DNA of 64,000 nucleotides from an uncultured Gemmatimonadales bacterium (GCA_963771275.1 CAVYSW010000005.1:64001-128000); one strand, 5' to 3'. Counted from the first letter of the stretch, positions 38,942 through 48,846 are shown. Notes: a model not told the origin generated them from the letters alone. Translations and numbers: made by a program.

Positions 38942-38974
38942 CTTAGCTGCTTCCACACTTCGGGAGCGACTCCC

Positions 38975-39412
38975 ATGGCAGCCATCAACACCGGTCGTGT
39001 GATCGTCGGCGGTCTCGTCGCCGGACTCATCATCAACGTCGTCGAGTTCGTGATGAACATGTTCGTGCTCGCCGGCGACATGAAGGCGGTGTACGAGAAG
39101 ATGGGAGTCGCCGAGCCGGGCGGCGCGGCGATCGGCGGGTACGTGGCGCTCGCGTTCGTGCTCGGCCTGCTGCTCGCGTGGCTCTACGCGGCCATCCGGC
39201 CGCGCTTTGGCGCGGGCCCGAAGACGGCGGCCATCGCGGCGCTGGTTCTGTGGATCGGTGCGGCGCTGGTCCCCATGGTCGCCTGGGTGATGATGGGGAC
39301 GTATCCGATGCGGCTCGTGATCATCGGGCTGGTTTACGGCTTCGTCGAGTACCTGATCGGCGCGCTGGCCGCCGGCGCGATCTATCGGGAGGGTGGGGCG
39401 ACGGCCGTGTAG
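38975..39412 (+). CDS. Four-TM hypothetical membrane protein
   Basis: INTGRVIVGGLVAG..WLYAAIRPRFGAGPKTA..GAIYRE; GGGAG RBS. Confidence 0.8.
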   Translation: MAAINTGRVIVGGLVAGLIINVVEFVMNMFVLAGDMKAVYEKMGVAEPGGAAIGGYVALAFVLGLLLAWLYAAIRPRFGAGPKTAAIAALVLWIGAALVPMVAWVMMGTYPMRLVIIGLVYGFVEYLIGALAAGAIYREGGATAV

Positions 39413-39454
39413 GCGGCAGCCGCACTCAGGGGTGCGGTGGCGTCGGAGGGACTG

Positions 39455-39489
39455 GCGAGTGGCCCGGAGGCGGACCACTCGCTTTTTTT
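39455..39489 (+). terminator. Rho-independent terminator
   Basis: GCGAGTGG..CCACTCGC stem followed by T7. Confidence 0.85.
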
Positions 39490-39560
39490 CGTGGTGCGCG
39501 GCCCCCTGGATCCGGCGGCGATGAACCGGATGAGCGGGCACTTTCCGTGGGAGGAAGTCG

Positions 39561-41093
39561 ATGATCCGTATTGGCACCGGCAAACCGCTGGCCATCGAGG
39601 ACGTGGTCCGCGTGGCGCGGGACGGCGAGCAGATCGAGCTTGCCCCCGCGGCGATCGCGCGGATCGGGCGCTGCCGCACCGTGCTCGAGCGCAAGCTCGC
39701 CGCCCACGAGGTGATGTACGGCGTCAATACCGGGATCGGCGAGCTCGCGGAGGTGGCGCTCGATGACGAGCAGGTCAGGCAGTTCCAGCGCTATCTGATC
39801 TACAACCATGCCGCGGGCATCGGGCGGCCCGCCGCCGTCGAGCACGTCCGGGCCGCCATGCTGTCGCGCGTCGCCGTCCACGCCAATGGCTTCTCGGGCT
39901 GCCGCCCCGAGATTCCGCTCACCTACGTGGCCTTGCTCAACCACGGCGTGACCCCGATCGCCTGCGAGAAGGGCAGCGTCGGCGCCTGCGGCGACCTCGC
40001 GCCCATGAGCCAGATCGCGCTCTCCCTGATGGGAGAGGGTGAGTGCTTCCATCAGGGAGAGCGCATCGCCACGAAGACCGCCATGGAGCGGGCGGGCATC
40101 CCGATCCCCGGTCTGCGGGCGCGCGACGGCCTGGCGGCGATCAACGGGTCGAACCTGATCACCGGGATGGCGTGCCTCATGCTCCACGACGTCGAGCGCT
40201 GGATCAAGCAGGCGGAGATCGCCGCCGCGATGAGCTTGGAGGCGCTGCTCGCCAACCCGCGACCCTATCAGCCCCGGCTCCACGAGCTCCGCGGGTTCCG
40301 CGGTGCCATGACGAGCGCGGCCAACCTGCGGAAGGCGATGGAGGGATCCGACCTGGTGAGCGGCACGCTCAAGGTCAAGGTGCAGGACGCCTACTCGATG
40401 CGCTCCACGCCGCAGGTGATCGGCGCGCTGCGCGACGCCATGGCCTATGCCCGCCGCCAGATCGAGACGGAGCTCAACGGCGTGGCCGACAACCCGATCT
40501 TCCTCGCGGACGAAGACCTGGTCCTGACGGGCGCCAACTTCCAGGGAACGCCGGTGTCGCTGCCGCTCGATCTCATCGGGGCCGGCGTCACGATGGTGAG
40601 CGTGCTGTCCGAGCGCCGGCTCAACCGGCTGCTGAATCCGGCCCTGTCGGTCGGCCTCCCCGCGTTCCTCACGAAGGGTGCCGGCATGTTCTCGGGCCAC
40701 ATGCTCTCCCAGTACACCGCCGATGCGCTGATCGCGGAGCAGCGCATCCTCTCGGCCCCGGCCTGCGTGCAGTCCATTCCCGCGGCGGCCGACCAGGAGG
40801 ACTTCGTGAGCATGGGGATGAACACGGCGCTCAAGACGAAGCAGATCCTGGAGAACGCCCGTGGCGTGCTGGGCATCGAGCTGATCGCGGCGGCCCAGGC
40901 ACTCGACTTCCGGGACTTCACGCCTGGCCGGGGCGTGGACGCCGGCCACCGCGCCGTCCGACGGGTCGTGGCGCACCTCGAGGAGGACCGTCCCCTGTTC
41001 ACCGACCACAACGCCATGGCCGCCGCCGTGGAACGGGGTGACGTGCTCGACGCGGTGGAGCGGGAAGTGGGCGCGCTCGGCAGCTCCTGGTGA
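39561..41093 (+). CDS. hutH: Aromatic amino acid ammonia-lyase (HAL/PAL/TAL family), HutH-like
   Basis: YGVNTGIG, GSVGACGDLAP, GLAAINGS, VQDAYSMR, DNP, NFQG, QEDFVSMG. Confidence 0.85.
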   Translation: MIRIGTGKPLAIEDVVRVARDGEQIELAPAAIARIGRCRTVLERKLAAHEVMYGVNTGIGELAEVALDDEQVRQFQRYLIYNHAAGIGRPAAVEHVRAAMLSRVAVHANGFSGCRPEIPLTYVALLNHGVTPIACEKGSVGACGDLAPMSQIALSLMGEGECFHQGERIATKTAMERAGIPIPGLRARDGLAAINGSNLITGMACLMLHDVERWIKQAEIAAAMSLEALLANPRPYQPRLHELRGFRGAMTSAANLRKAMEGSDLVSGTLKVKVQDAYSMRSTPQVIGALRDAMAYARRQIETELNGVADNPIFLADEDLVLTGANFQGTPVSLPLDLIGAGVTMVSVLSERRLNRLLNPALSVGLPAFLTKGAGMFSGHMLSQYTADALIAEQRILSAPACVQSIPAAADQEDFVSMGMNTALKTKQILENARGVLGIELIAAAQALDFRDFTPGRGVDAGHRAVRRVVAHLEEDRPLFTDHNAMAAAVERGDVLDAVEREVGALGSSW

Positions 41094-41316
41094 GGGGAAC
41101 GGGCTGTGAAGTCCCCGTGAAGGCCGCCCGGGAGGTGTGAAGGGGGAGGCCGCCGGCTCGCGCCGGAACCTGCAGCCCTGGCGGACGTAGTATGCGGCGT
41201 CCACCGGGACGACCGAACGGCTGAGCGGCGTGCGTGCGGCGCGACCGGGTGGCCCCGACCACGCGGGCCGATCGCGTCGGCGGTGGGAGCGTCCCATCGG
41301 CGTGAGGTTGGTCCCG

Positions 41317-42423
41317 GTGCGCATCGCGCTCGTCACGGAGTTCTTCTATCCGCACCTCGGCGGGGTGACGGAGCACGTCGCCAATCTGCAGCGCCAGTTC
41401 CGGCAGGCCGGGCACATCGCCCTCATCGTCACCGCGACCATGATCGGGCAGCCCGCCGCCGAGCAGGACGTCGTGCGGGTGGGGCGGAGCCAGGTCGTGT
41501 ACAGCAACGGCTCGTTCGCGCGCGTCACGCTGGGGATGCGGCTGGAGGCGCGCCTGCGCGACGTGTGGCGCCGCGAGCGCATCGACCTGGTGCACCTGCA
41601 CGGACCGCTGGTCCCGACCCTGGGGCTCGTTGCGGCCGAGGCCGCGACCGCGCTCGGCATTCCGATCGTCGGCACCTTCCACAGCTGGTTCCCCCGGTCC
41701 TTCGGGAATCGGCTGTTCCGGGCACCGCTGCAGCGGCGGCTCGACCGGATGGCCGCGACGATCGCCGTGAGCCAGCCGGTCGTGGACGCGAACTCCCGCT
41801 ACTTCGCGGCCGACTGGGAGATCATCCCGAACGGCGTGAACGTCGAGTACTTCCATCCCAACGGCCGGAGCCCGTTCTCCGCCCTTGCCGAAGAGCCGCG
41901 GGTGCTGTTCCTCGGGAGGCTCGACCCCCGGAACGGCCTCGACACGATGCTGGCCGCGATGCCGGCGATCCTGGCCCGGTTCCCGCGCACCCAGCTCACG
42001 GTCGTCGGTGACGGCCCGCTGCGCGCCCGCTACGAAGGGCGGGCGCGGCCGCTCGGTCCCCACGTGCGGTTCGTGGGCTCGGTGTACGAGGAACGCAACG
42101 AGTTCTACGGGGCGACCGACGTCTACGTCTGCCCCACGACGCGGGCCTCGTTCGGGATCACGCTGCTCGAAGCGATGGCCGCCGGCCGGCCGATGGTCGT
42201 GTCGGATATCACGGGATTCCGCGAGCTGGTCGACGGCACCGACGCCGCCGTGCGGGTGCCGGCGGGCGAGCCGGCGGCTTGGGCGGATGCGGTCACGGCC
42301 ATGCTGGGAGACCCCGCGCGGCGGGTCGCCATGGGGGACGCGGGCCGCCGGGCGGCGTTGACGTACGCGTGGCCCGCGGTCGCGCGCCGGGTGCTCGACG
42401 TCTACGAGCGGGTGGCCCGGTGA
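41317..42423 (+). CDS. GT4 glycosyltransferase (PimA-like)
   Basis: RIALVTEFFYPHLGGVTEHV, NGS, VGTFHS, IPNGV, FLGRLDPRNG, SFGITLLEAMAAG. Confidence 0.88.
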   Translation: MRIALVTEFFYPHLGGVTEHVANLQRQFRQAGHIALIVTATMIGQPAAEQDVVRVGRSQVVYSNGSFARVTLGMRLEARLRDVWRRERIDLVHLHGPLVPTLGLVAAEAATALGIPIVGTFHSWFPRSFGNRLFRAPLQRRLDRMAATIAVSQPVVDANSRYFAADWEIIPNGVNVEYFHPNGRSPFSALAEEPRVLFLGRLDPRNGLDTMLAAMPAILARFPRTQLTVVGDGPLRARYEGRARPLGPHVRFVGSVYEERNEFYGATDVYVCPTTRASFGITLLEAMAAGRPMVVSDITGFRELVDGTDAAVRVPAGEPAAWADAVTAMLGDPARRVAMGDAGRRAALTYAWPAVARRVLDVYERVAR

Positions 42424-43124
42424 TGCCGGCGCTGGTCGCGACGGCCGCCGGGCTCGGCGCCGGCACCCTGGCATGGGGTGTGTACCATCCCAACAGCCCA
42501 CTGTTCGGCCGCGTGGTGGCGCGCGGACCGCGCACGGGGCGATCGCTCTACCTCACGTTCGACGACGGCCCGAACCCGACCGCCACCGCGCGGATCCTGG
42601 ACGTGCTTGCCGCGGAAGGTGTGCCGGCCACGTTCTTCCTGGTCGGCGAGCATGTGCGCCGGTTCCCCGGGCTGGCCCGCGCCGTGACGGACGCCGGTCA
42701 TGCGGTGGGCAATCACACCAGTACTCATGTGAAGCTGCATCGCTGCGGACCGCGCCGGGTGCGGCGCGAGCTGGAAGCGGCCCACGCCGCGATCGTGGAG
42801 GCGACCGGCACCGCGCCGCGCCTGTTCCGCGCACCGCATGGCTATCGCAATCCGTTCGTGGCGCGCACCGTCCGGCGGCTGGGCTACACGGTCGTGGGCT
42901 GGTCCTACGGGGTGTGGGACTCGGCACGCCCGGGTGCCGCGGCGATTCGCGCACGCGTGTGCCGCCGCCTGAGTCCCGGCGCGATCGTCCTGCTGCACGA
43001 CGGCGACGGGTACGATCCGCAGGGCGACCGCCGCCAGACCGCCGACGCGCTGCCCGGCATCGTGCACGATGCCCGGGCGGCGGGCTTTCAGTTCCGCCCC
43101 CTGTCCGACTTGCTCCCGGCGTGA
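42423..43124 (+). CDS. Polysaccharide deacetylase (CE4) with N-terminal membrane anchor
   Basis: LTFDDGP, ATFFLVG, GNHTSTH, FRAPHG, IVLLHDG; TGATG coupling. Confidence 0.92.
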   Translation: MPALVATAAGLGAGTLAWGVYHPNSPLFGRVVARGPRTGRSLYLTFDDGPNPTATARILDVLAAEGVPATFFLVGEHVRRFPGLARAVTDAGHAVGNHTSTHVKLHRCGPRRVRRELEAAHAAIVEATGTAPRLFRAPHGYRNPFVARTVRRLGYTVVGWSYGVWDSARPGAAAIRARVCRRLSPGAIVLLHDGDGYDPQGDRRQTADALPGIVHDARAAGFQFRPLSDLLPA

Positions 43125-44083
43125 CGCGCGCGACGCGGCAGCTCGTCTGGTGGGGTGCGGCCATCGCGCTGGCGCTGGTGGCGCTCCACATGCTGCGCGG
43201 GTTCGCCTGGGCGGAGACCCACCGTGCGCTGCTGAGCACCGACCTCGGCCTGCTCGCCGTGGCCCTTGCCGTCAACCTCGTCTCGCTGGTCAGCAAGGGC
43301 TGGGGCTGGTATCTCGTGCTGGCGCCCACGACGCCGGTCCGATGGTGGACGGCGCAGGAGGCGACGATCACCGGCGCGGCGCTCACGAGCCTGTCGGGCT
43401 CGGTGGTGGGCGAAGCAGCCCGGGCCCGGTTCCTGACCCGCCGGAACGGCGTCCCGTGGGGGCCCGCCATCGCGTCGATCCTCTACCTGCGGGTGGTGGA
43501 GGGCCTGGGGCTCGCCCTGTTCCTGGTGGCCGCGCCGCTGCTGTTCCCGGTGCCCGGGCCCGTGCGCGTCGCCCAGACCGTTGCCGGCGCCGCCCTGGTG
43601 GCCGTGCTGGTGCTGAGCCGGGTGCGGTGGTGGCGCTTCGTCGAAGCGCGACTCCCGGAGCGGCTCCGCGCCGCGGCCCGCGTGGTCGGCGCGATCGGCT
43701 CACTCCGCCGGCTCCCCGGCCCGCTGCTCACGGCGGTGGTGAACTGGGGCACCCAGTGGGCCACCTACTACCTCACCTTCCGGGCGACGCATCTTGCTAT
43801 CGGGTCCGACGCCGCGTTCGTGGCGCTCTTCGCCGTGAACCTCGTGGGGCTGATGCAGCTCCCGGCGGGAAACCTCGGCGTGTTCCAGGCGTCGATCGTC
43901 GTCGGCCTGCTGCCGTTCGGCGTTCCGGCCGAGAGCGCGGTCGCCGCCGGCATCGTGCTGCAGGCGCTGCAGGTCCTGCCGGTGCTCGCGCTGGCGGTGG
44001 CGCTGCTGGGCTGGCGCGGCTTCCTCCAGCTGCGGCGCGGGGCGCGGCCGGCGACCGAGCCGGTCGCGGAGCGTCCCGGCTAG
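43121..44083 (+). CDS. Lysylphosphatidylglycerol synthase TM / flippase-like (UPF0104) protein
   Basis: About 8 TM segments, GEAAR, PAGNLGVFQA; GTGA overlap with the deacetylase stop. Confidence 0.8.
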   Translation: MTRATRQLVWWGAAIALALVALHMLRGFAWAETHRALLSTDLGLLAVALAVNLVSLVSKGWGWYLVLAPTTPVRWWTAQEATITGAALTSLSGSVVGEAARARFLTRRNGVPWGPAIASILYLRVVEGLGLALFLVAAPLLFPVPGPVRVAQTVAGAALVAVLVLSRVRWWRFVEARLPERLRAAARVVGAIGSLRRLPGPLLTAVVNWGTQWATYYLTFRATHLAIGSDAAFVALFAVNLVGLMQLPAGNLGVFQASIVVGLLPFGVPAESAVAAGIVLQALQVLPVLALAVALLGWRGFLQLRRGARPATEPVAERPG

Positions 44084-44169
44084 CCGGCGACGGACGGCTG
44101 ACGCGCCGCGTCTTGCGGGCCCGGGTCCCGGTCGTCACTGTTGCAACGGAAACCGGCTCAGGAGGCCGC

Positions 44170-45507
44170 TTGGCGCGACTCGGTCTGCTCACGCTTCTGC
44201 TCGGCCTGGTCGCCGCACCACCGCCCGCCCTGGCGCAGAGTCCCCGGCCGTCCGGCCAGGATCGGTCGCGCGGGCACCGCATGCTCCGCCACGTCCGCGA
44301 GCAGCTCGAGAAGCACTACTACGACACCACGTATCACGGTGTCGATCTCGCGAAGACGTACGCGCAAGCCGACAGCGCGATCGATGTGGCCGGGTCCCTG
44401 CCGGAGATGGTGGTCACCATCGCCCAGTTCCTCGCCAACCTCAAGGACTCTCACACCTCGTTCTACCCACCCGGCTACACGACGAGAGTCGTGTACGGCT
44501 GGACTCTGCAAGCGATCGGCGATGCCTGTTACCTCGTCTCGGTGAAGGCGGGCAGCGATGCGGAGCGCAAAGGCCTACGGCCCGGCGATCGGGTCCTCGA
44601 GCTGGACGGCCTTCGCCCCGCGCGCGCGAACCTCCCCATGATCACCTACGTCTACTACCGCCTCAGCCCGCGGCCGGGCGCGCGGTTGGTCGTGGAGCAC
44701 CCGAATGGGCAGCAGGAGGAGGTCACGGCGCAGGCCGAGGTGCAGCGGGGTCCGGCGGTGGTGGACATCTGGGACGTGGAGCAGCGCCGGTTCCTGGAGG
44801 AACAGTGGCGGCGCGAGGGGAGTCATCCGAATCACCATCGGAAGAGCTTCGGGGACTCTGTGATGGTGTGGCGGATGCACGAATTCGCGCCCGGGAACGG
44901 GGTCGATTACTACGACGAGACGATCGACCGGTACATGGCCGAGGCGCGGAAGAACCGCCATCTGATTCTCGATCTGCGCGGAAATTCCGGGGGTGTCCTG
45001 GTGACCCTCGTGCGTCTCCTGGGACACTTCTTCGGCGACAGCATCCCGCTGGGTACCGATGTGCGGCGCGATACCGTGGTCGGGCTCGCGGTGCAGCCGG
45101 TTGGAGGCGCGCCGTATCAGGGTGACGTCATGATCCTGATCGACAGCTGGTCGGCGTCCGCGGCGGAGATCACCGCGCGGACCCTGCAGCTCAACGGGCG
45201 CGCGACGGTCATCGGCGACCGCTCGGCGGGGGCGGTCATGACCAGCATCTTCCTCCCGCTCGAGGTCGGGGGCGCCACACGAGTGGTGCCGTTCGGCATG
45301 TCTGTCACGGTGTCGGACTTGATCATGCCCGACGGCAAGAGCCTGGAGGGCACCGGAGTGATCCCCAACATCGCCGTGCTGCCGACGGCGGCGGACCTCG
45401 CGGCGGAGCGGGATCCGGCGCTCGCCTTCGCGCTGGAGCTGGCGGGGGTGAAGATCGATCCGCGCGACGCGGCGAAGATCTTCAGCGAGAGGCGGCCGGG
45501 AGGCTGA
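44170..45507 (+). CDS. S41 family peptidase with PDZ domain
   Basis: TTG start after AGGAGG, signal peptide, LKDSHT, GLRPGD, LILDLRGNSGG, SASAAE, LEGTGVIP. Confidence 0.88.
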   Translation: MARLGLLTLLLGLVAAPPPALAQSPRPSGQDRSRGHRMLRHVREQLEKHYYDTTYHGVDLAKTYAQADSAIDVAGSLPEMVVTIAQFLANLKDSHTSFYPPGYTTRVVYGWTLQAIGDACYLVSVKAGSDAERKGLRPGDRVLELDGLRPARANLPMITYVYYRLSPRPGARLVVEHPNGQQEEVTAQAEVQRGPAVVDIWDVEQRRFLEEQWRREGSHPNHHRKSFGDSVMVWRMHEFAPGNGVDYYDETIDRYMAEARKNRHLILDLRGNSGGVLVTLVRLLGHFFGDSIPLGTDVRRDTVVGLAVQPVGGAPYQGDVMILIDSWSASAAEITARTLQLNGRATVIGDRSAGAVMTSIFLPLEVGGATRVVPFGMSVTVSDLIMPDGKSLEGTGVIPNIAVLPTAADLAAERDPALAFALELAGVKIDPRDAAKIFSERRPGG

Positions 45508-45622
45508 GCCTCGCGGGACGGGGAGGGAGCGACCGGCCCGCCGCCGTGCCGCCGGCGGCCCCGCTCCCCAAAGCGGCCGGACCCGGGTATGTTGCTACCT
45601 CCCCCAGCATCGAAGGTGACCC

Positions 45623-46177
45623 ATGAAGCGCACCGTGACCCTCGCGGTGGCTGCCCTGCTTGCCGGCCCGACCGTCGGGTGGGCGCAGATGCAGCCGAAC
45701 ACCCCACCTCCCGCCGGGCCGATTGCCGCGGCCCTGCAGGTCGCGTTCCGCCGGGCGAGCCAGAACATGGTGGCGGCGGCCGATGACATGCCCGTGGCGA
45801 AGCTCGGCTTCAAGCCCACACCCGAGCAGATGACGTTTGGCGAGATCCTGGCCCACGAGGCCGAGTCGAATGAGACGCTGTGCGCCGCGCTCGCAGGCGG
45901 GGCGCAGACGCCCACCGAGTCGGCGGGCGGTGCCGACGCGTCGAAGGACGCGCTGATCGCGCGACTCCGCACCTCGTTCGAGACCTGCGGCGGCATCGTG
46001 GCGAAGCTCAGCGAGAGCGCGCTCGGCGACTCGGTGCCGTTCTTCGGCGGGCGGAAGGTGACCAAGGCCCGCGCGGCGATCGCGCTGGCGCAGGACTGGG
46101 CCGATCACTACGCCCAGGCGGCGATGTATCTGCGGCTCAACGGTATCCTGCCCCCCTCCGCGCGACGGCGGATGTAG
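45623..46177 (+). CDS. Secreted DinB family protein
   Basis: AADDMP..FKPTPEQMTFGEILAH, DHYAQAAMYLRLNGILPPS; signal peptide. Confidence 0.85.
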   Translation: MKRTVTLAVAALLAGPTVGWAQMQPNTPPPAGPIAAALQVAFRRASQNMVAAADDMPVAKLGFKPTPEQMTFGEILAHEAESNETLCAALAGGAQTPTESAGGADASKDALIARLRTSFETCGGIVAKLSESALGDSVPFFGGRKVTKARAAIALAQDWADHYAQAAMYLRLNGILPPSARRRM

Positions 46178-46263
46178 GCCGCTCCGCCGCATCGCAGGAA
46201 ACAGCCGAAGCCCGACGGACCATGGTGCCGTCGGGCTTCGTGTCGTTTTGTCCACCAGGGGCG

Positions 46264-47265
46264 TCACGGCAGCGGCGGCTCGCCGCGCCGGGCGACGGTG
46301 ACGCCGCTCGCCCGCCAGCCCTCCACCCAGCCCGCGAATTCCTGCGCGATCTGGGCGAGATCCACCGAGGCCGCCAGGGGATCGTCCGCCAGCCCATCAA
46401 CCCGGGCGAGATTCGCGCTGGCCTTCACGTACGTGCTATCCACGCCCACCGCGCGCCGGTACGTCTCCGCGGCGAGGGTGAAGTGGCCCGTGCGCTCGAG
46501 CACCATCCCCAGGTTGTTGAGGAAGGTGACGACCGTGCTGTCGAGCGCCACGGCCCGCGCCAGCGGGTACAGCGCCTCCTCCGGCCAGCCCTCCTGGAGA
46601 TAGAGCAGGCCCAGGTTGTTCATCGACCAGGCGTCACGCTCGTCCAGCGTAATGGCGTGGCGGTAGGCCTCGACGGCCTCGTCGAACCGGCCGAGCGCGC
46701 CGAGCGCCCGCCCCCGCAGCCGGAAGGCCACGTTGGACAGGGAGTCGAGCGTCAGCGCGGTATCGACGCGCGCGAGCGCATCGGCGGGTCGCGCCGTCTC
46801 GAGCAGCACGCGCGCCAGGTTGAGATAGCTCTTCACGTGCGTGGGATCGAGCGCCAGCGCCCGGTCGAACGCCTGCTCGGCCCGCTGGTGATCGCCGCTC
46901 TTCCAGGCCGAGAGGCCGAGCATGTAGTGACCCCAGGGATTCTCGGGCCTGATCTCCACGTACGAGCCGAACAGCCCGGTGGCCTCGGCGTAGCGTCCCG
47001 AGCGGAACGCCGCCTCGGCCTCGTCGTACGTCACGATCCGGGGTGTGACCCGTGCCGTGGAAGCCGGAACGATCGCGGGTGTGCCGGGGTCCACGCTGGC
47101 CGCCGCGACGGCGGCCGCGTCGCCGTCGGACGCCCGGGCGTTCTTGCGCCACGACTGCGGGACGTCGCAGCCGGCGAGCGCCATCGCGCCGAGGAGAATG
47201 GTGCCGACCACGACGTTCGCCGTCAGCTGCTTGACGTGTTCCGTGTGCCTGTGTGTCCACCGCAT
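46264..47265 (-). CDS. Tetratricopeptide repeat lipoprotein
   Basis: LAGC lipobox, about six TPR units (YMLGLSAW, YLNLARVL, NNLGLLYL, NNLGMVLE); AAGGAGG RBS. Confidence 0.88.
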   Translation of the reverse strand: MRWTHRHTEHVKQLTANVVVGTILLGAMALAGCDVPQSWRKNARASDGDAAAVAAASVDPGTPAIVPASTARVTPRIVTYDEAEAAFRSGRYAEATGLFGSYVEIRPENPWGHYMLGLSAWKSGDHQRAEQAFDRALALDPTHVKSYLNLARVLLETARPADALARVDTALTLDSLSNVAFRLRGRALGALGRFDEAVEAYRHAITLDERDAWSMNNLGLLYLQEGWPEEALYPLARAVALDSTVVTFLNNLGMVLERTGHFTLAAETYRRAVGVDSTYVKASANLARVDGLADDPLAASVDLAQIAQEFAGWVEGWRASGVTVARRGEPPLP

Positions 47266-47327
47266 AGCCCCCTCCTTGTTGTGGCGCATCGAGCGCCGGT
47301 GACGGTGCGTGTCCGTCCGCGGAGAAG

Positions 47328-47342
47328 GCAGCGTGCGTACCA
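47328..47342 (-). promoter_or_regulatory. Sigma54 (-24/-12) promoter of the TPR gene
   Basis: Minus strand TGGTAC-GCACG-CTGC (GG-N10-GC), about 60 nt upstream of ATG 47265. Confidence 0.65.
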
Positions 47343-47438
47343 CGGGGAGGCGCGCCGGCGTGTGACGGCGTAGCTCACGTGATGACAACGCGTTGGTGGG
47401 TCGAGCGGCGTGGCGGGGCGCGCTGGCGCGTTGCGCTT

Positions 47439-47490
47439 CGTGTTCGGGTGGACACGGGCCCGCGGGGGGCGCCGTGTCCGCTGGGACACG
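47439..47490. promoter_or_regulatory. Twin 7-4-7 palindromes, putative enhancer-binding-protein sites
   Basis: CGTGTTC-GGGT-GGACACG (47439-47456) and CGTGTCC-GCTG-GGACACG (47473-47490), 34 bp apart. Confidence 0.7.
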
Positions 47491-48846
47491 TCAGTCGCGC
47501 GAGAGGCTGAGGCGTCGCATGATCTTGAGCAGGCTCGCGTGGTCGGCGAGCCCGAGGTCCGCGGCGGTGCGCGTGATGTGCCAGTCGTTCCGCTCGAGCG
47601 CCTCGACCACGATCTGCCGCTCCGCCTCGACCTTGCGCTCGTGGTACGTGCGGGGTGCGGCCGCCGGCGTGGCGTCGAGTGGCCCGCCGATCTCGGGCGG
47701 GATGTCGCCGGGAGCGATGACCGCGTCGTCGGCGGCGAGCACGAGCCGCTCCACGATGTTCCGCAGCTCGCGCACGTTGTTGCGGCGCCAGTCGTGGGCC
47801 ATCAACGCGCGCAGCGCGCCGTCGCTCAGCCGCTTGGGCTTGAGGCCGAACCGCTCGCTCGTCGTCGCCAGCAGGTGTGCCACGAGCTCGGGAATGTCCG
47901 ACTGCCGGTCCCGGAGCGGCGGCACCGCGAGCACGTGCACGTTGAGGCGATACAGCAGGTCCTGGCGGAAGCGCCCCGCCGCGCTCTCGGTGTCGAGGTC
48001 CCGGTTCGTCGCGGCCACGACCCGCACGTCCACCGCGATGGTCCGCGTGCCACCGACGCGGGTCACCTCGCGCTGCTCCAGCACGCGGAGCAGCTTGGCC
48101 TGGGCCGCGAGCGGCAGCTCGCCCACCTCGTCGAGGAACAGCGTCCCGCCCGACGCCGCCTCGAACGCCCCGCGCCGCAGCGTGGCGGCGCCGGTGAACG
48201 CGCCGCGCTCGTGGCCGAACAGCTCCGATTCGACCAGGTGCTCGGGCAGGGCGGCGCTGTTGATCGCCACGAACGGCCCCTTCGGCCGGCGGCCCAGCCG
48301 GTGGAGCTCGGCGGCCACCAGCTCCTTGCCCGTTCCGCTTTCCCCGACCACCAGAACGGGGCTCGGGATCGGCGCCAGCTTCGCGATCGTGGCCCGCAGC
48401 CGCTCCATCACGGGGCTCGCGCCGATCAGCGGCGAGTCCGTGCCGAGACGGCGGCGCAGCGCCGCCACGTCGCCGGTCAGCCGCTGGCGCTCGAGCGCGC
48501 GCGCCACCTCCTGGACCACCCGCTCCATCGGCTCCTGCTTGTCGATGAAGCCGTACGCTCCCAGCCGCACGGCCTGCACACAGCGGTCGAAGTTGCCGGT
48601 CCCGGTATACACGATCACCGGCACGCGCAGGCGACTCTCGTCCATCGCGCGCAGCACGTCGAACCCGTCGAGGCCGGGCATCTCGAGATCGAGGATCATG
48701 CAGTCGACGGGCTCACCCGCGAGCAGGTCGAGCGCGGCGCGGCCGCCGCCCGCCACGAGCGTGTCATATCCGCCGAGGCGCTTGAGATCGTAGGCATACT
48801 GTTCCGCCAGCGCCAGGACGTCGTCGACGACAAGGACCAGGGTCAT
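47491..48846 (-). CDS. Sigma54-dependent response regulator (NtrC family)
   Basis: Receiver domain (VLVVDD, LDLEMP), GESGTGKE, ESELFGHERGAFTGA, LFLDEVG, NVRELRN, Fis-type HTH. Confidence 0.95.
   Translation of the reverse strand: MTLVLVVDDVLALAEQYAYDLKRLGGYDTLVAGGGRAALDLLAGEPVDCMILDLEMPGLDGFDVLRAMDESRLRVPVIVYTGTGNFDRCVQAVRLGAYGFIDKQEPMERVVQEVARALERQRLTGDVAALRRRLGTDSPLIGASPVMERLRATIAKLAPIPSPVLVVGESGTGKELVAAELHRLGRRPKGPFVAINSAALPEHLVESELFGHERGAFTGAATLRRGAFEAASGGTLFLDEVGELPLAAQAKLLRVLEQREVTRVGGTRTIAVDVRVVAATNRDLDTESAAGRFRQDLLYRLNVHVLAVPPLRDRQSDIPELVAHLLATTSERFGLKPKRLSDGALRALMAHDWRRNNVRELRNIVERLVLAADDAVIAPGDIPPEIGGPLDATPAAAPRTYHERKVEAERQIVVEALERNDWHITRTAADLGLADHASLLKIMRRLSLSRD

Noticed and set aside
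39413..39560. Riboswitch or attenuator leader for the ammonia-lyase
   Set aside because: The hairpin plus T-tract sits about 40 nt after the upstream gene's stop and is adequately explained as its terminator; no leader peptide or separate promoter is evident.
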